Below the pieces are notes generated by a model. The model searched no databases and was not told the origin of the DNA. It saw nothing but the letters and a program-made list of their open reading frames with translations. 64,000 bases of DNA from a virus, in the IMG/VR virus record IMGVR_UViG_3300010399_000034, positions 22,807 to 86,806 of that record; one strand, written 5' to 3'. Both the position numbers and the translations under genes were made by a program. This document shows, one piece after another, positions 34,626 through 44,327 of the stretch; positions within the stretch are counted from its first letter, which is position 1, and each line of letters starts with the position of its first letter.

Positions 34626-34877
34626 TCACCACGACTCGACACGCACGAAACGCGGCACCGTGTGTCCGTCGATGTCGCGAACGTTTTCGAAGAACTCACC
34701 CGCGCTGCGTATTCGCATTCGATCATCGTCTGCGCTTTGGATCGACTCGTACACAATGAACTCGATAGCACCGTCGGCCACGCCGGCAGCACTGCCATGC
34801 ACAGCAACGCCGTGAATGAAGTAAACGCCTCCCTTCCAATGCCGATAGAAGCCACGGACCTCGGAGCTCATCATCAC
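34626..34877 (-). CDS. DUF1653-like protein
   Basis: YRHWKGGVY...A.H...VYE...IR...F...PRF. Confidence 0.8.
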   Translation of the reverse strand: MMMSSEVRGFYRHWKGGVYFIHGVAVHGSAAGVADGAIEFIVYESIQSADDDRMRIRSAGEFFENVRDIDGHTVPRFVRVESW

Positions 34878-35284
34878 TCGTTCTCCGGCTTGCGGTTCTC
34901 GGATCGTTCGACCGTGAAATGACCCTCCGGATATCTGGCTTTCAACTTCGCGACGTTCCGCTCGGCGATCTCGCTGAGCTTGATCCCAAGCCCAGTCGCG
35001 CCTTCAGCGAGGTACCAGAGGAGATCGCCGTACTCCTTGATCAGATACTCGCGGTCGAGGTGCTTGCCGTGAAAGCGGATGTGTTTCACGTGTTCCATGA
35101 TCTCGCCCGCCTCCGACGCGATGCCGCAGGCGCTGTGGTCGATGCGAACAAACTCCTCCGTAATGACGGCGTGTGCATCGAGAATCGGATCTATAAAAGG
35201 CGGATCTACGACCCTCGTGTCAGCAGCCACGTTTCGCACCGACGACGTCGTTGCAGCCCAGGCCTGATATTCGTCGAACGTCAT
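34874..35284 (-). CDS. MazG-like nucleotide pyrophosphohydrolase
   Basis: FDEYQ, GIASEAGE, KEYGDLLWY, NVAKLKARYP. Confidence 0.85.
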   Translation of the reverse strand: MTFDEYQAWAATTSSVRNVAADTRVVDPPFIDPILDAHAVITEEFVRIDHSACGIASEAGEIMEHVKHIRFHGKHLDREYLIKEYGDLLWYLAEGATGLGIKLSEIAERNVAKLKARYPEGHFTVERSENRKPENE

Positions 35285-35583
35285 GCTGCTGACTCCTTCG
35301 CTTTCAACTCGCGTACGGCAGCCTCGATCTTGCCGCACCACATGTTCATCTGCCAGACGAGCCCGCCGATCGAGTCGCTAGTCGTCCCCTCGAAGCCGAG
35401 CTTCAGGAGATGCTTGCACGCGCCCTCGAGCGTGCTGTGATACGGCGCCTTCGCCGGCCGCCACTGCGACAGCTCGTTTCGCTCTTTGATGAACGCGCGC
35501 ATGACGACGGTGAAGTTGTAGCCGTCGCAGTCGACCCCGTAGACCGACCCGCTCGGATGTTGAATCTGGAAGAGCAGGCTCAT
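35281..35583 (-). CDS. Hypothetical protein
   Basis: Coupled ORF; YHSTLEGA. Confidence 0.55.
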   Translation of the reverse strand: MSLLFQIQHPSGSVYGVDCDGYNFTVVMRAFIKERNELSQWRPAKAPYHSTLEGACKHLLKLGFEGTTSDSIGGLVWQMNMWCGKIEAAVRELKAKESAA

Positions 35584-35912
35584 GGCGACTGCTTATCTTT
35601 CGCGTCGAGTACCAACAGCACGCGCTTCTCCGCAGGGATGAGATCCATGATCTCTTCGAAGGTCGGCGCCGGCTGCTCGCCGAGAAGCTCGCGGCAGAGA
35701 CCGTCGTAGTTGAGTGCGAACTCGTGCGTGAACACCGGACGTTCGAGCGCCTTTTCCATCGCTTCGTGGAAGACGGCGAACGGCATGCAGAGACGATCCT
35801 CGAAGAGCTGAAACATCGCGAGCTCACGAGGCGGCTTCCCCTCCCACCACTTCGAGTCGCACAACGCGATAGCCTGTTCTCGGGTCAACTGAGATTCTTT
35901 GGGACCTGACAT
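35580..35912 (-). CDS. Conserved phage hypothetical protein
   Basis: FQLFEDRLCMPF..FH.A.E.AL.RPVFTHEF. Confidence 0.7.
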   Translation of the reverse strand: MSGPKESQLTREQAIALCDSKWWEGKPPRELAMFQLFEDRLCMPFAVFHEAMEKALERPVFTHEFALNYDGLCRELLGEQPAPTFEEIMDLIPAEKRVLLVLDAKDKQSP

Positions 35913-36220
35913 TATGCACCTCCTTGAAAGAGCCCAGCGCCACGCAGCTTGCGTCGGACGTGAGCGGCCGCGTACTCAGAGCAACACCTTGCGCAGATCG
36001 TTTTTCCATCGGCTGCCGGACGACTGCCGCACGCCTGGCACCGGCCCTCGAACTTCATCTTCGCGCGCCAAACGCGCTTCTGTGCAGGCTCGCTCGGCGA
36101 ACGCTTACGCTTTGGTTTGTGCGCAAAGTGCCACCAGCAATGGTGGTTTCCGCGCCCGCTGATCTTCGGACTCTTGCAGCCGTCAACGCGGCACGGCACC
36201 GAGTGCTTTTGACCGCTCAC
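35912..36220 (-). CDS. Zn-finger hypothetical protein
   Basis: CRVDGC...CWWH; CQACG...CARC. Confidence 0.5.
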   Translation of the reverse strand: MSGQKHSVPCRVDGCKSPKISGRGNHHCWWHFAHKPKRKRSPSEPAQKRVWRAKMKFEGRCQACGSRPAADGKTICARCCSEYAAAHVRRKLRGAGLFQGGA

Positions 36221-36257
36221 GCGCTCTCGCTTTCTGCGACCTCGGGACGGATCATTG

Positions 36258-36731
36258 TCATCGCTGCTCCTTCAACTGTTGAATGCGGCGCTCGAGATAC
36301 CACGCAGCTTTTCGTAAATCTTCGATCTCCTTCGTTGGATCCTTCTTCCCAGCGCGAGAGATGTACTTCACTGCATTGCCGAGACAGAAGTCGAGCTTCC
36401 ACGCCTCGATCACTTTGATCGCTTCGTACGTCGTGTCGCCGCCGTAGTACGAAGGGTGATCTACGTCGGAACACGCGACGAACTTGTTGAGCTTCACGAG
36501 TCTTGCATGCTCGTTGACCCCATCCAAGATGGTGTCGAAGTTCCCAGCCCAGGCGCCGTCTTTGCGTCTGATGAAAAACGACACGCGATCCACATGCGAG
36601 ACCCGGCGGAACTCAAGCTCCGGTTCTCCGCGTACTGCTGCATACTCGAGCCACGGGCAATCACTTGTGTGCGCGCAGCAGCCTTCCACGTAAGGCGCGC
36701 CACAGTCTACACAACGCTTCTTCTCCGACAT
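36258..36731 (-). CDS. DUF3310-domain protein
   Basis: VDHPSYY...EAI.VIE...FCLGNAVKYISRAGKK...EDLRKAAWYL. Confidence 0.85.
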   Translation of the reverse strand: MSEKKRCVDCGAPYVEGCCAHTSDCPWLEYAAVRGEPELEFRRVSHVDRVSFFIRRKDGAWAGNFDTILDGVNEHARLVKLNKFVACSDVDHPSYYGGDTTYEAIKVIEAWKLDFCLGNAVKYISRAGKKDPTKEIEDLRKAAWYLERRIQQLKEQR

Positions 36732-36870
36732 GCGCGTCTCCTGCTGATCCACCAGATCGTCGATCCATTGAATGCGTCGCTGAATCATCGTTGCGAACCT
36801 AACCTTGGATTGGCGTGCAGAGCACCGCAATGCCCCGCCTTACCCCGCAGCGCAAAGCCGCACAAAGTCC

Positions 36871-39720
36871 TCACACCGAATACCAGTCATCGCCGATCTT
36901 GGCGACGGCAGGAAATGGCATCGCATCTGCCCCAGGAACCAATGTTAGCTTCTGCGACATACAACGCTCGAGGAGCGCCGCGACCTTGTCGGCTTTGTGC
37001 TCGTCGCATTCAACGTAGATCGCGTCGTGGACCTGCGCGATGATGATCGCAGTCGGGTCGACGCTCGGAAGTTGATGCGCAAGTTCGAGCATCGAGAGGT
37101 TCATCATCGATGCGACCGTTGAGTTCTTGCTGATGATTCCTGCACTGTCGTAGCGGTGGAGGTCGTGCTGGACAGCAAGCGTGTACAAGTCTGCGCTTTC
37201 CTCGAGCTGACACACTGCCGCAACGGTCCCGGTCGAATAGAGCTCAGCGTCGCGCCAGTCACCAGCAGCCTCCGTCATACGCTGAAGCGTGTGCGGGTTC
37301 GTTGTACCGCCGTGCGCCAACCGAGACCAAAGCACGTACATGCTCCGCTCCGTGGCGTACGAGAACGGGTTTCGTGGGTAGGTTTCAAGAAACCGATCAC
37401 GCGCGGCACGACCAAGACGATCATCACGACTGAAACGTTGTCGATCCGTTGGATCGCCGTAAGCGAGCTGGCTCCGCAGCAGGGAGCCAGCGAAGTTCAG
37501 CCGCCACGCCATGTGTCCATCGCGATCGGAGACATACGGTCCGTCGATACGCGAGGTCACGCCGCAACTTCGTGCGAGCAGTTGCAGGTCACGAAGCAGC
37601 TCTAGGTTCGGCGTGTTGGAAGACGGCTGCCCCATAGACAGCGTTCCGTCAGCGTCCATGTAGCCGAGAAGGAACGCTTTTCGCGCCGACAAGCAAGCAC
37701 GCCAGATCGAATCTGGTACGCGTTTCGTCTTGGCACGCCAAGTCGGGTCAACCCCCCAGGAGGGGAGAAGCTGTCGAAGGCGACTATCTGCGGCCACGCT
37801 GATTGCCGTCAATGGTCCGTGAACCTGGGCCTTCCAGAGGCCGCCGTATTGTATCGCCCAGCGTGTAAAGGACGCAGCGTACTCGTCATGCGCGAAGCGT
37901 TTTACACGTGTACCGAAGCACCACACAAGTTGGTCTGTGGAGCCGGTTCGTTGCGACCACGACCCGTTTCCGATCCAATACCCGAGCCAGTACGCGTCGG
38001 CGTCATTGAAAGGGGCACCGAACTCCTGCGCTGAGGCAAGCGGCTGCGCAATACGGTCGCCTTCACGTAACTCTCCAACAGCGCGCCATTCGAACTCGAT
38101 TCCGTCGTCACGAAGCACGCGAAGATAGTGTTCTTCGTTCGTCTGAAGTACATGCCCGTTGGTGAGCTTCGTCTCCCATAGTTGCTCAGTCCGCTTTCCA
38201 AGCGTCATCGATGGAGCCCATTGATTTGGCGCGCCGAGCGACGCGGAGCACGTCGCATGTTCCACCGGGAGATAGCCTTCTGTTGTAAGAACGCGCGTCC
38301 CGCCTCGAACGCACTGCATCTTGTAGTTGTATACAACTGTCGCATCGATCAAGAGAAGCGGGAACTCGCGACGACGACCGATGAGCGCGTCGGTGACACG
38401 GCCAGTTCGCTTGGCTTCAGTGAGCTCGCGCTCGCGCCACGGCCGCACCGACGGGAACGCTTTGAAGATCGCGGCGAGGATCGTCTCGACCGTCGCGATG
38501 TCGATCGGCATGCCCTCGTAGCCGCCGTCGTAGATGGAGTTGAGGATCGTCTCCGACCCAGCGCCGTAGAAGCTGCCGTAGATGACGCGCTTCTCGAGAT
38601 CGCGCAGCGCTGACCGCGTCTTGTCGTCGGCCTTGAGGTAGCCGTCCTTGAACGCGATCGCGCTCACGTACGCGTGTGGGTCGCAGTCGGGCTCGTACTT
38701 GCGCGCTTCGTCAGCGTTGACGCAGAGCGAGATGAGCTTCTCGTCGCCGCAGAGCGCACCGAGCACGCGAAGCTCAGCCTGTCCGAGGTCGGCGCCGACG
38801 ATCTTGCGGCCCGGCGGCGCGACGATGCACTCGCGGATGCCGGGCACCTCGAGCGTGATCTTCCCTGGCTTCGCCTTCGCGAGGAAGATCTCGTCGCCAG
38901 GAAAGAGCGGAAGCTGCCATGGACCGCCGTGCGGTCGGCCCTTGCTGTCGAGTGCCTCGAAGATCGCAAGCATGAGAAGGATGCGCTTCCCCCAGTTCAT
39001 TAGGTTCGGCTCGCTGCTCCATCTCCCGGTCCTCGCACCGAGCGGCTTCCAACGCACGCGGATGCGCCAGTCCTGCGAGACCGGCATCCCCTCGATGTAC
39101 GTCGACTTGATCTTCTCCCAGCGACGATAGTCAAGGAGCAGATCGACGAACGGATGACCCTTGTAAGAGAGCAACGACGATTTATCTGTCGATGGCTGCC
39201 CTTGTGGATGCGTCTTGCTCGGGTCGGTGTACTTCATCGGAAGCAGCCGACACGGCCCGTTCTTGTCGTAGAGCGCCCACGCGAGCTGCGGAGGACTCGT
39301 AGGGCTAAAGTCTGGCCGACCCGTGAATGCACGCAGGAGCTCGACCGAACGCGCCATGTAGAAATCAGAACGCTGCGACCAGCGGATCCACCGTTCTCGA
39401 CTCACTGGCAAGCCGGCGCGCTCGACGTCCTTCGCGACGTGGAACATCCCGACGTCGAGGTCATGGACGAAGCGTGCGTTCTCTGCTTCGAGCTCGGTGA
39501 GCTGCGAGAGCATGGAGAGCGTCGTATTGTAAACGTCGCGACCGTTGTAAGCGAAGAGCTGCTCGTTCGACTCCCAGACCTGCTGCCCGCCCTTCTCCTT
39601 CGGCGGCTTCCACGGCGGCGTGTCGGTGTAGCAGCCGGCGATGTGTTGCAAGCGATGAGGCTCGTCGGGATGAACGGCGTTGTGCGCGATCTCGGTGTCG
39701 TAGACGTAGCCGCGAGTCAT
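36871..39720 (-). CDS. polA: Family A DNA polymerase (C-terminal half of the 3'-5' exonuclease plus polymerase), intein-containing
   Basis: TGRWSS.PNLMN; motif A DLGQAELR; motif B R...KRVIYG..YG (Tyr at the 762-equivalent); motif C VHD; Exo III YNGRD. Confidence 0.95.
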   Translation of the reverse strand: MTRGYVYDTEIAHNAVHPDEPHRLQHIAGCYTDTPPWKPPKEKGGQQVWESNEQLFAYNGRDVYNTTLSMLSQLTELEAENARFVHDLDVGMFHVAKDVERAGLPVSRERWIRWSQRSDFYMARSVELLRAFTGRPDFSPTSPPQLAWALYDKNGPCRLLPMKYTDPSKTHPQGQPSTDKSSLLSYKGHPFVDLLLDYRRWEKIKSTYIEGMPVSQDWRIRVRWKPLGARTGRWSSEPNLMNWGKRILLMLAIFEALDSKGRPHGGPWQLPLFPGDEIFLAKAKPGKITLEVPGIRECIVAPPGRKIVGADLGQAELRVLGALCGDEKLISLCVNADEARKYEPDCDPHAYVSAIAFKDGYLKADDKTRSALRDLEKRVIYGSFYGAGSETILNSIYDGGYEGMPIDIATVETILAAIFKAFPSVRPWRERELTEAKRTGRVTDALIGRRREFPLLLIDATVVYNYKMQCVRGGTRVLTTEGYLPVEHATCSASLGAPNQWAPSMTLGKRTEQLWETKLTNGHVLQTNEEHYLRVLRDDGIEFEWRAVGELREGDRIAQPLASAQEFGAPFNDADAYWLGYWIGNGSWSQRTGSTDQLVWCFGTRVKRFAHDEYAASFTRWAIQYGGLWKAQVHGPLTAISVAADSRLRQLLPSWGVDPTWRAKTKRVPDSIWRACLSARKAFLLGYMDADGTLSMGQPSSNTPNLELLRDLQLLARSCGVTSRIDGPYVSDRDGHMAWRLNFAGSLLRSQLAYGDPTDRQRFSRDDRLGRAARDRFLETYPRNPFSYATERSMYVLWSRLAHGGTTNPHTLQRMTEAAGDWRDAELYSTGTVAAVCQLEESADLYTLAVQHDLHRYDSAGIISKNSTVASMMNLSMLELAHQLPSVDPTAIIIAQVHDAIYVECDEHKADKVAALLERCMSQKLTLVPGADAMPFPAVAKIGDDWYSV
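37123..38313 (-). mobile_element. Intein with LAGLIDADG homing endonuclease in PolA (397 aa)
   Basis: NYKMQ|CVRGGTRV...IISKN|S; TNEEH block B; WLGYWIGNG and FLLGYMDADG. Confidence 0.9.
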
Positions 39721-41204
39721 GCGACACCCCACACGCTCTGTATGACCTGCGTGTCGTAAATCCCGTTTTGAAAACACTTCTTGAAGCGCTCGTCTTGCAA
39801 CCAGCGAACGACTGTCTCGAGCAGCGGATCACCGCGCTTCATCCCGATCGTGTTGAGAACGACGGCCGCTTCGCGTTGCGTCCAGTCGACTGTCGGTCGT
39901 CCCTTGTGCAGCCCGATGCAACGAATCTCCGTGACGGTCCACGGATCCTTCGAGTCGGTCTCGATGTCGACCGACGTGAAGAGTGGCGGCGTTTCATCGC
40001 CGAAGAGGTAGCGTTCCAGAAACTCGAGTGAAGCCTTGTAAGCTTCGGTCTTGACCAACGGCGCCTGATACTCCTGACCCGTACGAGCGAGCTCCGCCTC
40101 GAGCCCACACTCCATGTGATCGGGAAGAACGATGTACTGGTACTCCCACTTCGCATCTTCGGTCAGGAGCCGTTGCGCCTTGCGCAGATGTGCGAGCGAC
40201 GCGTTGATCATGAACTGCCCGGCGGCCGTCTTCTTCTCCTTGCCGTCTGGCTGCCGTAGAAGGAACGCTGGGTGGTACGTCGGGATCACGTACGCGCACG
40301 GGAGATCCACGCGCGCGAACTCGTCCATCTTCGCGTAGTCGGGCGCGTGCCGACCACGATAGAGCGCGCCTGCTGACGCCATCAGCTTGTGCTGCGTCTT
40401 CCAGAGCTGAAGCTCGACCTGCTGTGTCTTGCGCCCAGCACACGTCGGACAGCGCTTCTTGCGCTTCTCGATCGTAACGGTGTCGTATCGGTGACTCCAT
40501 GCCGGAGCCATTGTCCCGCCGCCCTCGATACGGTCTTCATTCAACGCGCGATCGCTCACGAGGCCAGCGCAGACAAAGTCAGACAGGCCAGCCGCGCGAG
40601 CAGAGACCTGCTGTCCGCACCACGCGTCCCAACCCGGCGGAAGAAGCTGTTCGCTCTTACACTGCGCGCACTTCCACCACGCGAGCGTCATCTCGCCATT
40701 GCACTGCGGGCAGTTGAGGGGCTTGCCGGCAGAGTCCTTGAAGAGCGGAACGCGCGCCGTCTTGGCGACGAAGCGTCCGGTAAGCGCGGAGAGCGCGCCA
40801 GCTCCGAGCGCGACGATGACGCGCGGCTGAAGCATCTCGATCTCGGCGAGAAGGCGAGGACGACACTTCGGGATCGCCGCTTCGACTTGGTCGTCCTTCG
40901 TACCATGCTCAGGGAGGCAAAGCTCAGCGTTGGAAACGTAACAATGTCGTCGCTCTATACCAACCATCGAAAGGAGCTTGTCGAGCAGACTGCCGGAGCG
41001 GCCAACGAAGGGCACTTTGAGTTGTGCCTCCTGGAGACCTGGTCCTTCGCCGACGAGCATCAGCCCGTTGAACTCGTCAGGGCGCTGCGAAAGGCAGATC
41101 GTACGATCGCGCCGACCGACGAGCGGACAGCCCGCACAATCAGCGATCCGATGGTCGTACACGTACTGATACGCCATCCGCCGCAGCGGAACGACAGTCG
41201 ACAT
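39717..41204 (-). CDS. Family 4 uracil-DNA glycosylase-like domain (with Zn-finger insert) fused to the N-terminal half of the PolA 3'-5' exonuclease
   Basis: CAGCPL, VGEGPG, PFVGRSG, TYHPA; Exo I VDIET; Exo II QNGIYD. Confidence 0.88.
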   Translation of the reverse strand: MSTVVPLRRMAYQYVYDHRIADCAGCPLVGRRDRTICLSQRPDEFNGLMLVGEGPGLQEAQLKVPFVGRSGSLLDKLLSMVGIERRHCYVSNAELCLPEHGTKDDQVEAAIPKCRPRLLAEIEMLQPRVIVALGAGALSALTGRFVAKTARVPLFKDSAGKPLNCPQCNGEMTLAWWKCAQCKSEQLLPPGWDAWCGQQVSARAAGLSDFVCAGLVSDRALNEDRIEGGGTMAPAWSHRYDTVTIEKRKKRCPTCAGRKTQQVELQLWKTQHKLMASAGALYRGRHAPDYAKMDEFARVDLPCAYVIPTYHPAFLLRQPDGKEKKTAAGQFMINASLAHLRKAQRLLTEDAKWEYQYIVLPDHMECGLEAELARTGQEYQAPLVKTEAYKASLEFLERYLFGDETPPLFTSVDIETDSKDPWTVTEIRCIGLHKGRPTVDWTQREAAVVLNTIGMKRGDPLLETVVRWLQDERFKKCFQNGIYDTQVIQSVWGVA

Positions 41205-41222
41205 AATCCACCCTTCCAACCT

Positions 41223-41495
41223 AGATCAACATCACGAAGCGGCCGTCAACGGTTACGCATACCTGGTGTCTCCAGGGTAACTATCCGTTGAATGGTAACG
41301 ATGCGAGCGTTCGGCCATCCGATCCTCGGTTATTAGCCTTCCAGGACCAGCAGCCGCTTCCTGATGTCGATCTTGAGCGCCACCGATCTGCCTCGTAACG
41401 AGTTCCACTGGGGGAGAGCAGAACGGCGGCTTACTACGTGACCGCGGCGCCTACTCATTACGAGACAGATCGGTGGGTCCCAAAGGACCGCACCA
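41223..41495 (-). ncRNA. Large structured intergenic RNA or leader
   Basis: 21-bp stem 41223-41243/41353-41373 and 23-bp stem 41381-41403/41453-41475; three mismatches become G.U pairs on the minus strand. Confidence 0.6.
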
Positions 41496-41498
41496 CGC

Positions 41499-41792
41499 TC
41501 ATGCGGCGAGCGTTGCGAACCGGGCCCCCTTCTTCGCCTTCCACGATCGACTGACGACCTTATCGCCGGCCTTGTTGAGGAAGTAGCGCGCCCGCCCCTT
41601 GGGGCCGCCGCCATTCTCTTTCTTGCGCGAGACCCACGAACGCTCCACCGCGCCGTTCAGCCGAATCTGCATCGACTGATTCGATACACCGAACCGCTCG
41701 ACCGCGTCGGCGACCGTGAATCCCTTCTTCTCGTGCTTCTTCGCAAAACGAAGGAGATCGAGTTGCGCCACCGTGATCCTCAGCATCAGCAT
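41499..41792 (-). CDS. Winged-helix DNA-binding protein
   Basis: FTVADAVERFGVSNQS...L...W..R...YFLNKAG. Confidence 0.7.
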   Translation of the reverse strand: MLMLRITVAQLDLLRFAKKHEKKGFTVADAVERFGVSNQSMQIRLNGAVERSWVSRKKENGGGPKGRARYFLNKAGDKVVSRSWKAKKGARFATLAA

Positions 41793-41798
41793 TTCCTT

Positions 41799-42290
41799 TC
41801 AACCCTTCGGCATGTCCGCTTTGCGGACGACCGTGCCGATGGTGAACTTGATGTTGTAGCCGTGTAATGAAAGCAGAGCACGCGCTGTCGGGCAATAGAG
41901 AAGCGCGCAGATCGTAGCAGTCTTGAGCGCCTCGTCGACGGTCTCGCAATGCTCCATGCGCTTGGTCGTCAGGAACTCGATCTTCTGTCCGTGCTCGGGC
42001 ATGAGCTTCGACGGCTTGACTACAGTCAGCGCGATTCCGTTGCGCGACGTATCGTTGAGCCCATCGAGGATCTGCTGAATGTTGATCTGATCACGACTCG
42101 TCCCGAGCGCGACCGTCTCGATCACCTTGGGATCCAGGAGCGGGTAGAGATCACGAAGGTCGCTCACGACCTGCGCCGCCTGCATCCCGATGAGCTGCTC
42201 GAGCTCGGCTCGCGGCACGACGGCGCCCGAGGGCAGCCGGATCATCTCCGGCTGACCCTCGGGCTTCTGACCGTTGTCACCGTCGGCCAT
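41799..42290 (-). CDS. Hypothetical protein
   Basis: Starts MADGDNG, directly after the SSB-like gene. Confidence 0.6.
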   Translation of the reverse strand: MADGDNGQKPEGQPEMIRLPSGAVVPRAELEQLIGMQAAQVVSDLRDLYPLLDPKVIETVALGTSRDQINIQQILDGLNDTSRNGIALTVVKPSKLMPEHGQKIEFLTTKRMEHCETVDEALKTATICALLYCPTARALLSLHGYNIKFTIGTVVRKADMPKG

Positions 42291-42292
42291 GA

Positions 42293-43003
42293 TCAGCCGT
42301 TTCCGCGAGGCGGAGGCTGGCCCTGACCGGCGACGTGCCCGGGTTGCATCCACTGCGGAGGCTGCCCCTGGACAGGCATAGCGGGCGCTCCGGTGCCGTT
42401 CTGCGGAGGCGCCCAGCCACCCTGCGGCGGCATCGGCTGTTGCACCGGCGCCTGATACGCCGGCTGTTGGTAGCTGCCCTGCATGGGCTGCTGATAGGCC
42501 GGCTGCTGCACGGGCATGGGCTGCTGCCATGCCTGCTGCATCGGCTGTTGAACGGGCGCGAACTGCTGCGGAGGCGGCGCGACGCCCTGTTGGTTGATGG
42601 CTTCGTCGTTCTCCCAGTTCTCGAACACCTGGCGATCGCCCTTTTCGTGCCGGCACTCGCAGGTCGTGGTCGCGCCGGGGAGCTGATTCTCGTCGAAGTC
42701 GAGCTGGCCGTTCTGCATGCGGTGCGGAACGCCGGCCGCCTTCAGGAACGGAATGAGATTGTACGGCACCGACTTCGGGTGGAAGTTGAAGCGCCGCGTA
42801 ACGGTCTCGCCGAGATTCTGTCCGTGCGATGCCCAGAGGATCGTGCACTTGCAGACGAGCGTGGGGTACTTCCCCTGCTCCTTCGGAGGCTTCATCTCGA
42901 AGCTCTCCACGCGGAGGGTGTACTTGCCCTCCGGCTTCACCGTGAAGCGCTGACCGCTTGCGGCCTTGGTCGCCTCTTCCTGATCGTACTGTACGACTGC
43001 CAT
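42293..43003 (-). CDS. Phage SSB-like (DUF669-like OB-fold) protein with Gln/Pro-rich tail
   Basis: PEGKY.L.V..E pattern; sits in a module with a Sak4-like ATPase and PD-(D/E)XK nuclease. Confidence 0.65.
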   Translation of the reverse strand: MAVVQYDQEEATKAASGQRFTVKPEGKYTLRVESFEMKPPKEQGKYPTLVCKCTILWASHGQNLGETVTRRFNFHPKSVPYNLIPFLKAAGVPHRMQNGQLDFDENQLPGATTTCECRHEKGDRQVFENWENDEAINQQGVAPPPQQFAPVQQPMQQAWQQPMPVQQPAYQQPMQGSYQQPAYQAPVQQPMPPQGGWAPPQNGTGAPAMPVQGQPPQWMQPGHVAGQGQPPPRGNG

Positions 43004-43032
43004 GTTCTGCTCTCCTTCTTGCCAGGAACGAA

Positions 43033-43338
43033 CTACTCCACCACCACGGCGAGTAGATCACTGGTCTCGATCAACACGAGACCGTCGTCGAGTCGTTGAA
43101 GCACGTCGGCTTCTTTGTAAAGCACCACGCGCCCCGGACGCAGGTACTCGATGTCCTGTCCGTCTGCGCTTTCGTGCTGAAGCGAGTTGCACTCGTTGCG
43201 CGGACAACCCACGGCCAGCACCTCACCGCGGTGGATGCTGCCTTTCGCAGTATCCGGAATGTAGAGTCCGCCGCCGGTCTTCTCTTCGCGCTTGGCGGGC
43301 TGAACTAGCACACGATCACCCAACGGTCGAAGCTTCAT
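43033..43338 (-). CDS. groES: Co-chaperonin GroES
   Basis: [12 protein letters not shown]...[13 protein letters not shown]...GEVLAVG...SDLLAVV. Confidence 0.9.
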   Translation of the reverse strand: MKLRPLGDRVLVQPAKREEKTGGGLYIPDTAKGSIHRGEVLAVGCPRNECNSLQHESADGQDIEYLRPGRVVLYKEADVLQRLDDGLVLIETSDLLAVVVE

Positions 43339-43568
43339 ACGTCCTCCTCGTTTTTCCGAGTTTGCCGGGCGTCCTCGAGCACCAACTCGAGAACGTTCAT
43401 CTTCTGACAAAGCACGTCCGCGATCATGCGCGCCTCGTCCCAACGCATCGCCCACTCGAGCAGATCCTCCGCGGTGCGCGGTCGAACGAAGACGTACGGA
43501 TACAAGTCGCCCTCGTGCTTCACCTGGAAGTCGAGCTCCTTCAGCCGTGCGACGACAACCCAGGTCAT
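43335..43568 (-). CDS. Hypothetical protein
   Basis: Coupled ORF. Confidence 0.5.
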   Translation of the reverse strand: MTWVVVARLKELDFQVKHEGDLYPYVFVRPRTAEDLLEWAMRWDEARMIADVLCQKMNVLELVLEDARQTRKNEEDV

Positions 43569-44317
43569 CCGGCGTGCCCCAACGCAGCCGCGAAGACCTG
43601 CCAGAGTTGATGGTTCGGGAATGGGCCGGGGCCGACGCCAATGTAGCGATGCCGCGCAGGCCAGAGCCCCTGCTTTTGGAAGTGCACTACGCGCGCACCG
43701 GTGGGGAGCTGTTCACAGTATCCGAGCGCGTCGCACGAGCCTGGAAGAAGCTCGGCACCTTGTCCTTGCACGGACGGGCCGGCACCGAGCACGTTGTTCG
43801 CCGCATCGCGGTGCACCGACGCGTGCGAGACGAAGACGACGTGCATCGGCAACGACCAAAGCACATCACGAAGGTGCATGTAGAAGTTGCGGAGGACACC
43901 CCACTTCTGCTTGTGCATCTGCCCGGGCTTATCGTCTGAGCCCATCTTGAGCGACGCGATGTCGGCGACGACTAGATCGTTGAGATGCGTCATGTTGTCG
44001 ACGACGAGCGTCTGCCCGAAATCGGTATAGAGCGTATTGCGCGCCTTCGCCGATAGGAGCGCATTGAGAAGCTCGTCGATGTCGTTGCGTGCCGGCGCAA
44101 TGTAGTCGGCGCGGGAGCCCGCAGGCGGCACGCCGATCTTCACGCCGCGGATGTTCATCCCGCGGATCGAGACTTCGCTGTTCTCGTTGTGCACGAGCGC
44201 GAAGAACGGCTGCGGAAACGTCGCGCCGCAGACGGTCTTGCCGCTGCCGCTCGCTCCGTACACCCAGAGACGAGTCCACAACGGCCCCATCTTGGCCATG
44301 TCCACCCACTGAAGCAT
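43565..44317 (-). CDS. Sak4-like (AAA_24) recombination ATPase
   Basis: YGASGSGKT Walker A; TLVVD Walker B; WG...HVVFVSH. Confidence 0.8.
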   Translation of the reverse strand: MLQWVDMAKMGPLWTRLWVYGASGSGKTVCGATFPQPFFALVHNENSEVSIRGMNIRGVKIGVPPAGSRADYIAPARNDIDELLNALLSAKARNTLYTDFGQTLVVDNMTHLNDLVVADIASLKMGSDDKPGQMHKQKWGVLRNFYMHLRDVLWSLPMHVVFVSHASVHRDAANNVLGAGPSVQGQGAELLPGSCDALGYCEQLPTGARVVHFQKQGLWPARHRYIGVGPGPFPNHQLWQVFAAALGHAG

Positions 44318-44327
44318 CGATCACCCT

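Noticed and set aside
41325-41445. Short matches (tattagcct, cacgtagt) between the structured RNA loops and the putative origin near 59770-59786
   Set aside because: Matches of 8-9 bp are expected by chance in 64 kb, and no IS110-like recombinase is present to support a bridge-RNA reading.
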